A stretch of DNA of 64,000 nucleotides. Origin: Spirochaetia bacterium. Lineage in GTDB: Bacteria > Spirochaetota > Spirochaetia > CADAEX01. The notes beneath the pieces are model-generated. The model was given only the letters and a program-made list of their open reading frames with translations, was not told the DNA's origin and did no database searches. Both the position numbers and the translations under genes were made by a program. The stretch spans positions 15,459 through 79,458 of the forward strand of contig JAGCGL010000060.1 in the NCBI GenBank assembly GCA_017649605.1, read 5' to 3'. Below, in pieces: positions 36,264 through 44,415 of the stretch. Within the stretch, counting starts at the first letter, position 1. Every line of letters starts with the position of its first letter.

Positions 36264-37109
36264 ATGACTGGACTGGTGATGGAAGGCGGAGCCATGCGGG
36301 GTATGTTCACCGCTGGTGTCTGCGATGTGCTTATGGAGCACAGAATAAAATTCGACGGCGCAATAGGTGTCTCGGCCGGCGCCACCTTCGGCTGCAACTA
36401 TAAATCACACCAGATAGGCCGCGTGATACGGTACAACAAACGTTTTGCCCGCAACTGGCGGTACTGCAGCCTCCGTTCCCTTTTCCTCACCGGCGACCTG
36501 TATGGCGCCGACTTCTGCTACGTTAAAATTCCTGAAAAACTGGATCCTTTCGACTACGAGACCTACCGGAATGACCCCATGCGTTTTTATGCTGTTGTCT
36601 CCGACTGCATGACAGGAGAACCTATCTACAAGGAGCTTAAGACCGGCGACAGGAACGACCTTGAATGGATGCGGGCAAGCGCAAGCATGCCCCTGGTCTC
36701 AAAGCCTGTTAAAATTGATGGGTATACACTTTTGGACGGCGGCATGACCGATTCTATCCCTCTGGCCAAATTCCAGGAGATGGGCTATCAGAAGAATATC
36801 GTTATACTGACCCAGCCAAAAATCTTTATTAAAGAACCAGATTCACTCATAAAGCTTATGCGCCTTTCTCTGCGTAAATACCCTAAGCTGCTGGCCAAGA
36901 TGGAGGACCGTCACATCGATTACAACCGGCAGCACGATTATGCCCTCCAGCAGGAGAAAGAGGGAAAAGCCATAGTGATCTGTCCCGAAAAGCCCCTGGG
37001 GATATCACGGGTCGAACACAATCCAGACGAGCTCCAACGGTGCTACGATGAAGGCCGTCAGGTAGCTGAGAAACGGCTTGAAGAGATTAAAAACTTTTTA
37101 AATAAATAA
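36264..37109 (+). CDS. patatin-like phospholipase family protein
   Basis: 281 aa. It has the GGAMRG oxyanion motif, GVSAGA (GxSxG) and DGG. Confidence 0.8.
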   Translation: MTGLVMEGGAMRGMFTAGVCDVLMEHRIKFDGAIGVSAGATFGCNYKSHQIGRVIRYNKRFARNWRYCSLRSLFLTGDLYGADFCYVKIPEKLDPFDYETYRNDPMRFYAVVSDCMTGEPIYKELKTGDRNDLEWMRASASMPLVSKPVKIDGYTLLDGGMTDSIPLAKFQEMGYQKNIVILTQPKIFIKEPDSLIKLMRLSLRKYPKLLAKMEDRHIDYNRQHDYALQQEKEGKAIVICPEKPLGISRVEHNPDELQRCYDEGRQVAEKRLEEIKNFLNK

Positions 37110-37111
37110 GC

Positions 37112-37588
37112 TTATTTTTCTTTTATTGCTTTCCCGGTGATATGTTCGGGAATCAGCTCCAGGCATGTGACCCTGGGACCGCTTTTCTCAATAGTCTTCT
37201 CAATGAATTCAGGTGCAAAGTTGAACTTATAACAAAGCTTGCGGCAGATATCAAGAGCCTTATCGTGATCCTCGACAATCTTGATGCGGCCGAACACAAT
37301 CACGCTCCTGAAATGGAGGAACCAGCCCTCTGCATCGGGAGTTCCCCTATCCATTACGCAGAAAGAGACTTTGTCATGTTTTTTGATGGAATCAATTTTA
37401 TGCCCTTCCCCTGCACCGTGGAAATAGATGCGGTCATCCTCCTCGGAATAGTAGAAGTCCAGAGGGATGCCATAGGGGTAATCGTCGTCGCCAAGGACCG
37501 AGAGGATGCCCAGCACCTCGCTCTTCAAAATAGCAATGCACTCCTCCCGGGGAAGCTGCTGATTTATCCGACGCATAGGTCTGAACAT
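37112..37588 (-). CDS. pyridoxamine 5'-phosphate oxidase family (FMN-binding split barrel) protein
   Basis: 158 aa. MRRINQQLPREECIAILKSEVLGILSV...YPYGIPLDFYY is typical of the family. Confidence 0.7.
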   Translation of the reverse strand: MFRPMRRINQQLPREECIAILKSEVLGILSVLGDDDYPYGIPLDFYYSEEDDRIYFHGAGEGHKIDSIKKHDKVSFCVMDRGTPDAEGWFLHFRSVIVFGRIKIVEDHDKALDICRKLCYKFNFAPEFIEKTIEKSGPRVTCLELIPEHITGKAIKEK

Positions 37589-37589
37589 G

Positions 37590-38231
37590 CTACCTCCTGC
37601 GGCCGAAAAGGCGGTCGGCCGGATTCACTCTGAACCGGATCACAAAGTAGAGATAAGCAAAAGCAAAACCCCCAAGATGAGTCAGGTGGGCAACCCCTGC
37701 GTTGTAGCCTGTGAGCTGGTAGACAATCTCAAGGACTGTATAGCCCAGTATCAGCATCCGGGCCGACATAGGGACAATACCGAACAAGAACACGGTGGAA
37801 TCGGGGAATATCACGGCATAAGCAAGGAGCACTGCAAAAAGGGCTCCGGAGGCACCGAGAAGGAAGACGCGGAAATAGCCGGTGTTCACATAGACAAAAT
37901 AGGAGAAGACCCCTGCCAGTGCGCCGCAGAGCAGGTAGAACAGGAGGAATTCCTTGCTGCCGACAGACTGCTCCACCGCTGTGCCGAAGAAGTAGAGACC
38001 CAGCATATTGAAGAAAAGGTGGCTGAAGCTGCCGTGTACAAACATGTAGGTGATAAACTGCCAGTACATGTTGTGATGAGCCACATTTATCGGGTTCATG
38101 GCAAGGTAAGATGCAAGACGGCTGTTCATGGATGTGAGCAGAAACACAATCACATTTGCTATGATTATATAGAGACAACAGTTCTTGTAAACATATCTGA
38201 ACCTGGTGGAAAGAAGGTCGCGGATCTTCAT
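37590..38231 (-). CDS. rhomboid family intramembrane serine protease
   Basis: 213 aa with 6 TM helices. Motifs HGSFSHLFFNM, GASGALFA and a C-terminal AHLTHLGG are present. Confidence 0.8.
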   Translation of the reverse strand: MKIRDLLSTRFRYVYKNCCLYIIIANVIVFLLTSMNSRLASYLAMNPINVAHHNMYWQFITYMFVHGSFSHLFFNMLGLYFFGTAVEQSVGSKEFLLFYLLCGALAGVFSYFVYVNTGYFRVFLLGASGALFAVLLAYAVIFPDSTVFLFGIVPMSARMLILGYTVLEIVYQLTGYNAGVAHLTHLGGFAFAYLYFVIRFRVNPADRLFGRRR

Positions 38232-39265
38232 TATTTTTCTCCTTTGAATGGCTTAAGGAATGAGTCGAAGAGAGCGCTTATATCGTCCAGAACTGGACTT
38301 GGCTGATAGGAGTCTAAGATAGCCTCCCTGCTCTCTTTAAGGATAGCGACAGCCTTTTCCTTGGCAGTATCAATAGCGCCGGTGGCCTTGATAAGGGTTA
38401 TAGCCTCCTCCACCTCGGAGCCGGCTTTCTCTATGCCATGCTCGCCTGCATAGGCAAAGATCTCTTTAAGACGGGTCATATCACCGCCAGACTGACTGCA
38501 CAGGATCACTGGGAGGCTCTTCTTCCCCTCCACAATGTCGTCGCCCCTCTTTTTGCCAGGGTTTCCGACAGTCAGGTTGATGACATCATCCAGAATCTGG
38601 AAGCCCACACCCATCTTCTGGCAGGCATCGCCTATAGCCTTGGCCCTCTCCTCAGAGTCGCCTCCGGCACGCACTCCAAGCCGTCCTGAAAGCTGAGAAA
38701 GTCCGCCTGTCTTGAAGCTGCACATAGTCATATATTCATCTGTTGACGGGATGTAGTCCTTGTCCCGGTGCCACAGGATATCAAGCCCCTGCCCCACATG
38801 GAGCTTTGTCATGCTGTCGTTGTAGTATCGGTAGGCTGCAAGCTTAATATCGTCCGGGAATGGGCTTGAGTCGATGCACACATGCGGCAGGAAGAAAAGG
38901 AAATTGCCTGTGTTGATTGAGAGATCGGTGCCATAGAGCAGGTGTACTGCCGGTTTGCCACGGCGGAAATCGGAGGAATCCTCGATATCGTCCACTATCA
39001 GAGTGCCGTTATGAGGCAGTTCCACCAGCGGAGTAAAAGCAAGGATATCATCATCAGCCCGATACAGCTGGTAAAGGAGCATCATAAGAAGAGGGCGCCA
39101 CCGCTTGCCACCACGGCTCAGAAGATCCCTGGCCGGTGCATTTATCTGGTTTAGAAACTCATCCTTGACCACTGCAGGGCCCATGACAGACTCTTTCCAG
39201 CATTTATTAACTTTTTCTGGGAGAATGGTCTGTAAATATTCCTCGATTTTTGCTAATCTCATCAT
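38231..39265 (-). CDS. polyprenyl diphosphate synthase family protein
   Basis: 344 aa. The first Asp-rich motif is LIVDDIEDSSDFRRG and the second is FQILDDVINL. Confidence 0.8.
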   Translation of the reverse strand: MMRLAKIEEYLQTILPEKVNKCWKESVMGPAVVKDEFLNQINAPARDLLSRGGKRWRPLLMMLLYQLYRADDDILAFTPLVELPHNGTLIVDDIEDSSDFRRGKPAVHLLYGTDLSINTGNFLFFLPHVCIDSSPFPDDIKLAAYRYYNDSMTKLHVGQGLDILWHRDKDYIPSTDEYMTMCSFKTGGLSQLSGRLGVRAGGDSEERAKAIGDACQKMGVGFQILDDVINLTVGNPGKKRGDDIVEGKKSLPVILCSQSGGDMTRLKEIFAYAGEHGIEKAGSEVEEAITLIKATGAIDTAKEKAVAILKESREAILDSYQPSPVLDDISALFDSFLKPFKGEK

Positions 39266-39298
39266 ATATAATGTAAGGGTAATGGGGATTTAGTTCAA

Positions 39299-39895
39299 GT
39301 GAAAAAAGGAACCTGGGACGACGATTTTTATACCAAAAAGGCACAGAAGGAGGGCTACCCTGCCCGTTCTGTCTATAAACTGCAGGAAATCCAGCAGAAG
39401 TTTGGCGTTATAAAAAAAGATTTCAAGGTGCTTGATGTAGGGGCCGCCCCCGGCAGCTGGACCATGTACATAATGAAGATGCTGGGCGAGTCCGGATATC
39501 TTTCTGCCATCGATTTGAAGCCGCTGAGCATAACTATAAAGAACCCTAACTTCTTCTTTGTCCAGGGTGATGCCTTCGACCAGGCCAATATCCAGATGCT
39601 GGCGGAAAAAGGGCCTTATAATGCAGTGGTGAGCGACGCAGCCCCCTCCACCACCGGCAACAAGATAGTGGATACCGAGCGCTCAATTCAGCTTATAGAA
39701 TCGATTTATAACACTGCACTCCAGGTGCTGATTCCAGGCGGCAACTTTGTGTTCAAGATGTTCCAGGGGGGCAAGGAGAAAGAGATTCTTGAGGATATGA
39801 AAAAACACTTCAATGCAGTGAAGATATTGAAGCCACAGGCTTCAAGGAGCAATTCTTTCGAAACCTTTGTCATAGGGCTGGGGAAAAAGGCTTAA
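39299..39895 (+). CDS. rlmE: 23S rRNA (uridine-2'-O)-methyltransferase RlmE/FtsJ
   Basis: 198 aa with a GTG start. Motifs RSVYKLQEIQQKF and LDVGAAPGSW are present. Confidence 0.85.
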   Translation: MKKGTWDDDFYTKKAQKEGYPARSVYKLQEIQQKFGVIKKDFKVLDVGAAPGSWTMYIMKMLGESGYLSAIDLKPLSITIKNPNFFFVQGDAFDQANIQMLAEKGPYNAVVSDAAPSTTGNKIVDTERSIQLIESIYNTALQVLIPGGNFVFKMFQGGKEKEILEDMKKHFNAVKILKPQASRSNSFETFVIGLGKKA

Positions 39896-40356
39896 AGAAG
39901 GCCTTTACCACCCTTCCCACCCAGAATCTTGCCCCCGGCGGCAAGACCCAAGGCAATGGCGGCCACGCCTACCACTGCCTTCAGGACCGTGTTCACCTGG
40001 CTCGACTCTTTAGTGCCGTATTTGCACCAGTGGGTAAAGTGCTCGCAATTGTTGAATGCAATGTTGTACTCGCCATGGAGGCGGCCAACCATGGACTTGG
40101 CCCTCTCCACCACACGGTCCGGTGGGAAGGCGCCCGGCTCATCCGTCTCCTCCACATAGAGCCCTGATCCATCCAGAAACTCTGCAAGAGAAGTCTCGAT
40201 TATCTTAGCCCTGGCCGCATCCAGCTCTATCCCGATGCCAGCCGAATAGTGGATGACCCGGGCGTTGCCGATGTAGATGCCATAGTGTTTGTATAAACCC
40301 CGGTCTGCAACTACTACATCACCGGGAAGTGGAACTTTTTCAGTAATACTCTTCAT
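39892..40356 (-). CDS. LRAT/NlpC-P60 superfamily (PLAAT-like) protein with a C-terminal glycine-zipper tail
   Basis: YKHYGIYIGN is the His box and NCEHFTHWC holds the catalytic Cys. The tail reads AVVGVAAIALGLAAGGKILGGKGGKG. The start is set at ATG 40356 (MKSITEK); the track start at 40371 is TTG. Confidence 0.7.
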   Translation of the reverse strand: MKSITEKVPLPGDVVVADRGLYKHYGIYIGNARVIHYSAGIGIELDAARAKIIETSLAEFLDGSGLYVEETDEPGAFPPDRVVERAKSMVGRLHGEYNIAFNNCEHFTHWCKYGTKESSQVNTVLKAVVGVAAIALGLAAGGKILGGKGGKGLL

Positions 40357-40362
40357 ATTTAA

Positions 40363-40391
40363 AATATACAAAAAAAGTCATGTGGAAACAA
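40363..40391 (-). promoter_or_regulatory. promoter of the LRAT-like gene; implies a leaderless transcript
   Basis: On the minus strand: TTGTTT, 17 nt, TATATT, 6 nt, then ATG 40356. No SD is present. Confidence 0.45.
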
Positions 40392-40419
40392 TACTGAGAC
40401 AAGCTCAGCATGAAAGCGT

Positions 40420-41493
40420 TCACAGCAGGCTGATCAGGAAAGAGCGGCAATAGTCAACCAGCTGCCGTCTCCTGCCCCAAGCCCGGCGGAAGTTGGTGGG
40501 GTCGATAAGCCTTATATGCCTGGTTATATTGTTCTCCTGGAACCGCCAGCCATGGTATTCGGCCAGCTCGTGCCAGAACACCTCGCCCCCGACAGTAGGT
40601 AGGTCGATGTTGAAATACCCCTGTATCTCCTTAAGTTGCTCAGGATGTTCAGAAATCACTTCCAATGTTTTCTGAAGGATTGCCTCATCAGCCATGGCAT
40701 TTATCTTCTTGGCCTTTAGACCGCTCAGACTGAAGCTCATATATCCACGCAATGTCCTTAAAAGAGGGGCAAACCGCTTCCTGCAGTCATCATAACCCTT
40801 CTTCATCCGCCGATGCGCGCCAGAGGCTGAGAAGTCCAGAATGCCGAACCAGTTGTCACCCAGATTGACAGTAGGATGGATAACCACTGTGTTGATGCCG
40901 AGCCCGGAATAATCCACATGATAGCTCCGCTTAAGATTCACCACTATGGCATCGGTACAGCCCTCATCCAGAAGAGGCTTTATAGGAACTTCATCACCCC
41001 AGCCTCCATCAATATAATTGTTGCCGAAAATCTTCTCCCCCTGAAACACAAGGGGAATGGCGCTGGTGGCGCACAAAAGCTGCTTCACAGTCTCTTCATC
41101 ATAATTGTTCAGGCAGAAACTTTCAGCCTTTTTAGTATCGGTATTGAGGCATGTGGCATACAGTTTTTTCTTAAGGCCAGGAAGCTTGCCGAAATCCAGC
41201 TGATTCATGATCTTATAAAGGCCTTCCCTGCTGAAGATAGCACCAGAGCGCTTGGTGGTCGATTTGAAATCCAGGATATTGTCCTCAAGCTGAGTTGTCC
41301 AAATATTTACAGCCGTGTCGAAATCACAGAGGCTCAGCAGTATGGCATTAAGCGCCCCCACCGAAGAGCCTGAGATAACTGATATTTTCTTTGTAAGGCC
41401 TATCTCTGTCAGATACTTCCAGACACCCAGCTCATAGCTGCCTTTGCCTCCACCACCCGCCAGTACCAGCCCTATTTTACGCTTGAAGAACAT
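40420..41493 (-). CDS. patatin-like phospholipase with an unknown C-terminal domain, paralog 1 (host-like G+C)
   Basis: 357 aa. Motifs seen are AGGGGKGSYELG, GSSVG (GxSxG) and DGGWGD. The C-terminal 150 aa are unassigned. Confidence 0.8.
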   Translation of the reverse strand: MFFKRKIGLVLAGGGGKGSYELGVWKYLTEIGLTKKISVISGSSVGALNAILLSLCDFDTAVNIWTTQLEDNILDFKSTTKRSGAIFSREGLYKIMNQLDFGKLPGLKKKLYATCLNTDTKKAESFCLNNYDEETVKQLLCATSAIPLVFQGEKIFGNNYIDGGWGDEVPIKPLLDEGCTDAIVVNLKRSYHVDYSGLGINTVVIHPTVNLGDNWFGILDFSASGAHRRMKKGYDDCRKRFAPLLRTLRGYMSFSLSGLKAKKINAMADEAILQKTLEVISEHPEQLKEIQGYFNIDLPTVGGEVFWHELAEYHGWRFQENNITRHIRLIDPTNFRRAWGRRRQLVDYCRSFLISLL

Positions 41494-41499
41494 ACCAAC

Positions 41500-41528
41500 A
41501 GTTTACACCAAACAAAAATGCCCTGCAA
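41500..41528 (-). promoter_or_regulatory. promoter of patatin paralog 1; implies a leaderless transcript
   Basis: On the minus strand: TTGCAG, 17 nt, TAAACT, 6 nt, then ATG 41493. It lies inside a 30-nt block identical to 43696-43725. Confidence 0.5.
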
Positions 41529-41661
41529 TTACCCACCCCCATGCGAAAAACGCTGGTATTGTAAGCAATTACAAAGTTTTTCAAACTTTTTTCTCCAAAA
41601 TTGAAGCAAAACGCATTTTTTTCCAGTAATACATGTAGAAACTTTTTAAAGGAGGCATACT

Positions 41662-42525
41662 ATGCCACATAAATTTTTTATTCCAAAGGACAAGAATCTG
41701 CTTGATCCTAAAAAGGACAGTATCTTTAAGACACTGTTCACAAAGAGCAGCCAGGGAACGAAGAATGCACTTAAGAGCCTGGTCAAGGCAATCGTGGGCT
41801 ACGAGCCCAAGGATGTAGAGGTCATCAACAATGAGCTGACAAAGGATATAACCTGTGCCAAGGACATAAGACTCGACCTCCAGTGCAAGATGGAGGACGG
41901 AAGCAGGGTCAATGTGGAGATACAGACCTGCCCCAGCAATGACAACCTGAAGGCCCGCACCCTCTATTACGGCTGCAGGATGCTCTCCGATTTTGATATG
42001 AAGGGTAAGAAATATCGCATTCTCCCCAAGGTATATCAGGTCATGTTCACCGACTTCCACCTGTTCAAGGAAAGCGATAGCTACATCCGGACCTTCACTA
42101 TGAAGAGCGAGGAGACAGTGCTGGCCGACAACCTCAGGATCATCTTTATCCAGATGCCGTTGTTCAAGGAAGAAGACAAAGATGAGGAAAACTTGCAAGA
42201 TATAGAAAAGTGGGTTATATTTTTAAGAGACAGCACGAACAAAAAGAAAAGAGACCTCTTGAACAGCATAATCAATACGGACGAGGGGATAAAAGAGGCG
42301 GGAGAGATACTGATGTATATAAGCGATGATGAGAGAGAACGGGCAATACAGGAAAGCCACTACAAGGCCGAAGTGGACAGGCAGGCAGAACTCCTGGCAA
42401 CTCATGACCAGGGCGTTGAGGAAGGCCTGGAAACCGCAGCCCGTGGCATGAAAGCCAAGAATATTCCTGTTGAAACTATTATTGAGATTACAGGCCTGAC
42501 CGCCGAGCAGGTGGCAGCGCTGTAA
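41662..42525 (+). CDS. Rpn/YhgA-like PD-(D/E)XK recombination-promoting nuclease (putative transposase family)
   Basis: 287 aa. Motifs seen are DSIFKTLF, DIRLDLQCKMEDGSRVNVEIQ (D...ExQ/K core) and a C-terminal helical repeat. SD AAAGGAGG lies upstream. Confidence 0.75.
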   Translation: MPHKFFIPKDKNLLDPKKDSIFKTLFTKSSQGTKNALKSLVKAIVGYEPKDVEVINNELTKDITCAKDIRLDLQCKMEDGSRVNVEIQTCPSNDNLKARTLYYGCRMLSDFDMKGKKYRILPKVYQVMFTDFHLFKESDSYIRTFTMKSEETVLADNLRIIFIQMPLFKEEDKDEENLQDIEKWVIFLRDSTNKKKRDLLNSIINTDEGIKEAGEILMYISDDERERAIQESHYKAEVDRQAELLATHDQGVEEGLETAARGMKAKNIPVETIIEITGLTAEQVAAL

Positions 42526-42540
42526 AGAACAAAAAAGTTC

Positions 42541-42572
42541 AAAGCCTCTGGGAAAACCAGAGGCTTTTTTAT
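42541..42572 (+). terminator. rho-independent terminator after the Rpn gene
   Basis: AAAGCCTCTGG-GAAAA-CCAGAGGCTTT followed by TTTAT. Confidence 0.8.
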
Positions 42573-42619
42573 GATTCTAAACTATAAAAAAATAGAGTAC
42601 AGGAAAAATAAAATAATTA

Positions 42620-43690
42620 TTATAACTGTCCAAACAGAATAGAACGGCAGAAATCAATCATCTGCTGTCTGGATCCACGGGCCAAACGGAGATCAGTGGG
42701 ATCCAGAAGACGTACATATGACATAAATTTATGCTCTTGGAAACGCCAGCCTCTGTATTCTGCTAAATCGTCCCAGAAAAAATTACCCCCCGCAGTAATA
42801 AAAGGAATATTGAACATACCTTGAATCTCTTCTAATAGCTCAGGATCTTCTACAATTTTTTTAAGGGCTTTTTGCAGAACAGTCTCATCATCCATCTTGT
42901 TAATTCTTTTAGCCTTAAGGTCTTCAATGCTAAATCCGCCACGTAACGTCTTAAAAATTGGAGCAAAAGTTACTTTACTGTCGAGATAACCAAGTTCAAG
43001 TCTTTTTTCAACATATTCAGAAGAAAAATCCAGCATGTCAAAGAATCCATCACCTAGACTTGTCGAAGGATGAATTACTATTGTATTTATCCCATAATTC
43101 GAATAATCCACATGATAACTTCTATTCAGATTCACAATGATAGCATCAGTACATTTCTCATATAAGAGGGGATCAATAGGAACATTATCACCCACGCCAC
43201 CATCAATATAGTAATTACCATCTATTAACTCGCCTCGGAATATAACTGGAATTGCACTAGTAGCGCATAATAACTTCTTTATCGTTTTGATATCACAGTC
43301 ATTGAGACAAAAACTTTCGGTTCGAAGTCCATTAACATTATAACAGGTCACATATATTTTCTTTTTTAATGTGGTAATGTCATCTAAATTTACATATTCA
43401 TCAATAATTTTAAGAAGGCCGGAACGACTGAACAATGCCCATTCTTTCTTCTTCAGAGATTTTACATCAAGGATATTCCCTTCAAGTCGTGTAGTCCAAA
43501 TCCACTCTGCAGTTTCATAATCGCACAAGCTCAGCAGAACAGCATTTAGTCCACCTACCGAAGTACCTGAAATAACTGAGATTTTTTTGGTTAAACCTAT
43601 CTCTTTCAGGTACTTCCAGACACCCAGCTCGTAGCTGCCCTTTCCGCCACCCCCAGCAAAAACAAGACCTATTTTTCGTTTAAAAACCAT
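42620..43690 (-). CDS. patatin-like phospholipase with an unknown C-terminal domain, paralog 2 (AT-rich)
   Basis: 356 aa and collinear with paralog 1 over the full length. Motifs seen are AGGGGKGSYELG, GTSVG and DGGVGD. One hand-counted line gives about 28% G+C. Confidence 0.8.
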   Translation of the reverse strand: MVFKRKIGLVFAGGGGKGSYELGVWKYLKEIGLTKKISVISGTSVGGLNAVLLSLCDYETAEWIWTTRLEGNILDVKSLKKKEWALFSRSGLLKIIDEYVNLDDITTLKKKIYVTCYNVNGLRTESFCLNDCDIKTIKKLLCATSAIPVIFRGELIDGNYYIDGGVGDNVPIDPLLYEKCTDAIIVNLNRSYHVDYSNYGINTIVIHPSTSLGDGFFDMLDFSSEYVEKRLELGYLDSKVTFAPIFKTLRGGFSIEDLKAKRINKMDDETVLQKALKKIVEDPELLEEIQGMFNIPFITAGGNFFWDDLAEYRGWRFQEHKFMSYVRLLDPTDLRLARGSRQQMIDFCRSILFGQL

Positions 43691-43696
43691 AATATC

Positions 43697-43725
43697 AGTT
43701 TACACCAAACAAAAATGCCCTGCAA
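43697..43725 (-). promoter_or_regulatory. promoter of patatin paralog 2; implies a leaderless transcript
   Basis: On the minus strand: TTGCAG, 17 nt, TAAACT, 6 nt, then ATG 43690. The -35 overlaps the upstream terminator hairpin. Confidence 0.5.
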
Positions 43726-43735
43726 GAAGCAGGGC
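43707..43735 (-). terminator. hairpin plus T-rich tract after the DUF697-like gene
   Basis: On the minus strand, GCCCTGC-TTCTT-GCAGGGC is followed by ATTTTTGTTT. Confidence 0.55.
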
Positions 43736-43748
43736 CTTCAATCATCAA

Positions 43749-44111
43749 TCATGCACATTCCCGCTCAAACTGATGCGCCACTGACCAGCCAGCAGCCTCA
43801 ATCATAGCAATGCTGATAGCCGGTGCCACAATCTGACCAAGTCCAGGCACAAGCTTTGACAACTCCTTTGCCATCACCTTCATAGGCTGCTTCAAGGTTG
43901 TCCGCTTGATTGCCGCAATCGCAATCCCTTCAGCCACAGACTCGGTGACACTGCCTCCAAAGACCCCTGCCAGAGCCATTGTCATGGTAGTCATAGCAAC
44001 AAGGTCTGCTGCCACCCCAAGCCCAGGAACAGGGATGGCGTTTCCTGCCCCACAAGCAACTGCGTGTCCGTGGATAATCCCATGGCACATATTCATCTGT
44101 TCTTCAGTCAT
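43749..44111 (-). CDS. DUF697-like Gly/Ala-rich protein
   Basis: 120 aa. The pattern NAIPVPGLGVAADLVAMTTMTMALAGVFGG...LVPGLGQIVAPAISIAMIEAAGWSVAHQF matches the DUF697 consensus as I remember it. SD AAGGAG lies upstream. Confidence 0.55.
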   Translation of the reverse strand: MTEEQMNMCHGIIHGHAVACGAGNAIPVPGLGVAADLVAMTTMTMALAGVFGGSVTESVAEGIAIAAIKRTTLKQPMKVMAKELSKLVPGLGQIVAPAISIAMIEAAGWSVAHQFERECA

Positions 44112-44112
44112 A

Positions 44113-44301
44113 TCAATTCTCCTTTCTTAATTCGAGTTCTACACGGCTTAAGCCATGTCTGTTTTTCATTGTTCCTATCCGGTAGTCCCAGATTCTTTTC
44201 CAACCAAAGTTTCTACGCGAGTACAAAAACTTAATCGAAGTGAAGTACCTGCTTCCAATCATCTCAATTTCATTTTTGTTAAAACTTTTTAATCTAATCA
44301 T
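44113..44301 (-). CDS. hypothetical basic 62-aa protein, first gene of the orf62/DUF697-like unit
   Basis: A canonical promoter with leaderless geometry lies directly upstream. Its last codons carry the SD of the next gene. I recognise no family. Confidence 0.5.
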   Translation of the reverse strand: MIRLKSFNKNEIEMIGSRYFTSIKFLYSRRNFGWKRIWDYRIGTMKNRHGLSRVELELRKEN

Positions 44302-44307
44302 AACTTT

Positions 44308-44336
44308 ATATTAAGATAATAAAGTTTTTATGTCAA
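44308..44336 (-). promoter_or_regulatory. consensus promoter of orf62; implies a leaderless transcript
   Basis: On the minus strand: TTGACA (44336-44331), 17 nt, TAATAT (44313-44308), 6 nt, then ATG 44301. Confidence 0.6.
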
Positions 44337-44415
44337 GCGATTTTTTAGAATTTTTTATAAAGTTTTTGTTGCACTCAAGAAAAAATAAGTGTATATTATA
44401 AAAAAGGAAAGAATT

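Noticed and set aside
41662-42525. The Rpn/YhgA-like gene read as a complete IS element.
   Set aside because: I could find no terminal inverted repeats or target-site duplication around it. It has its own SD and a clean terminator, so I treated it as a stand-alone nuclease gene.
40420-43690. The patatin paralogs read as CBASS (CapE-like) effectors.
   Set aside because: I found no CD-NTase/cyclase, no SAVED or other nucleotide-sensor domain that I can recognise, and no Cap2/Cap3-type gene anywhere in the window.
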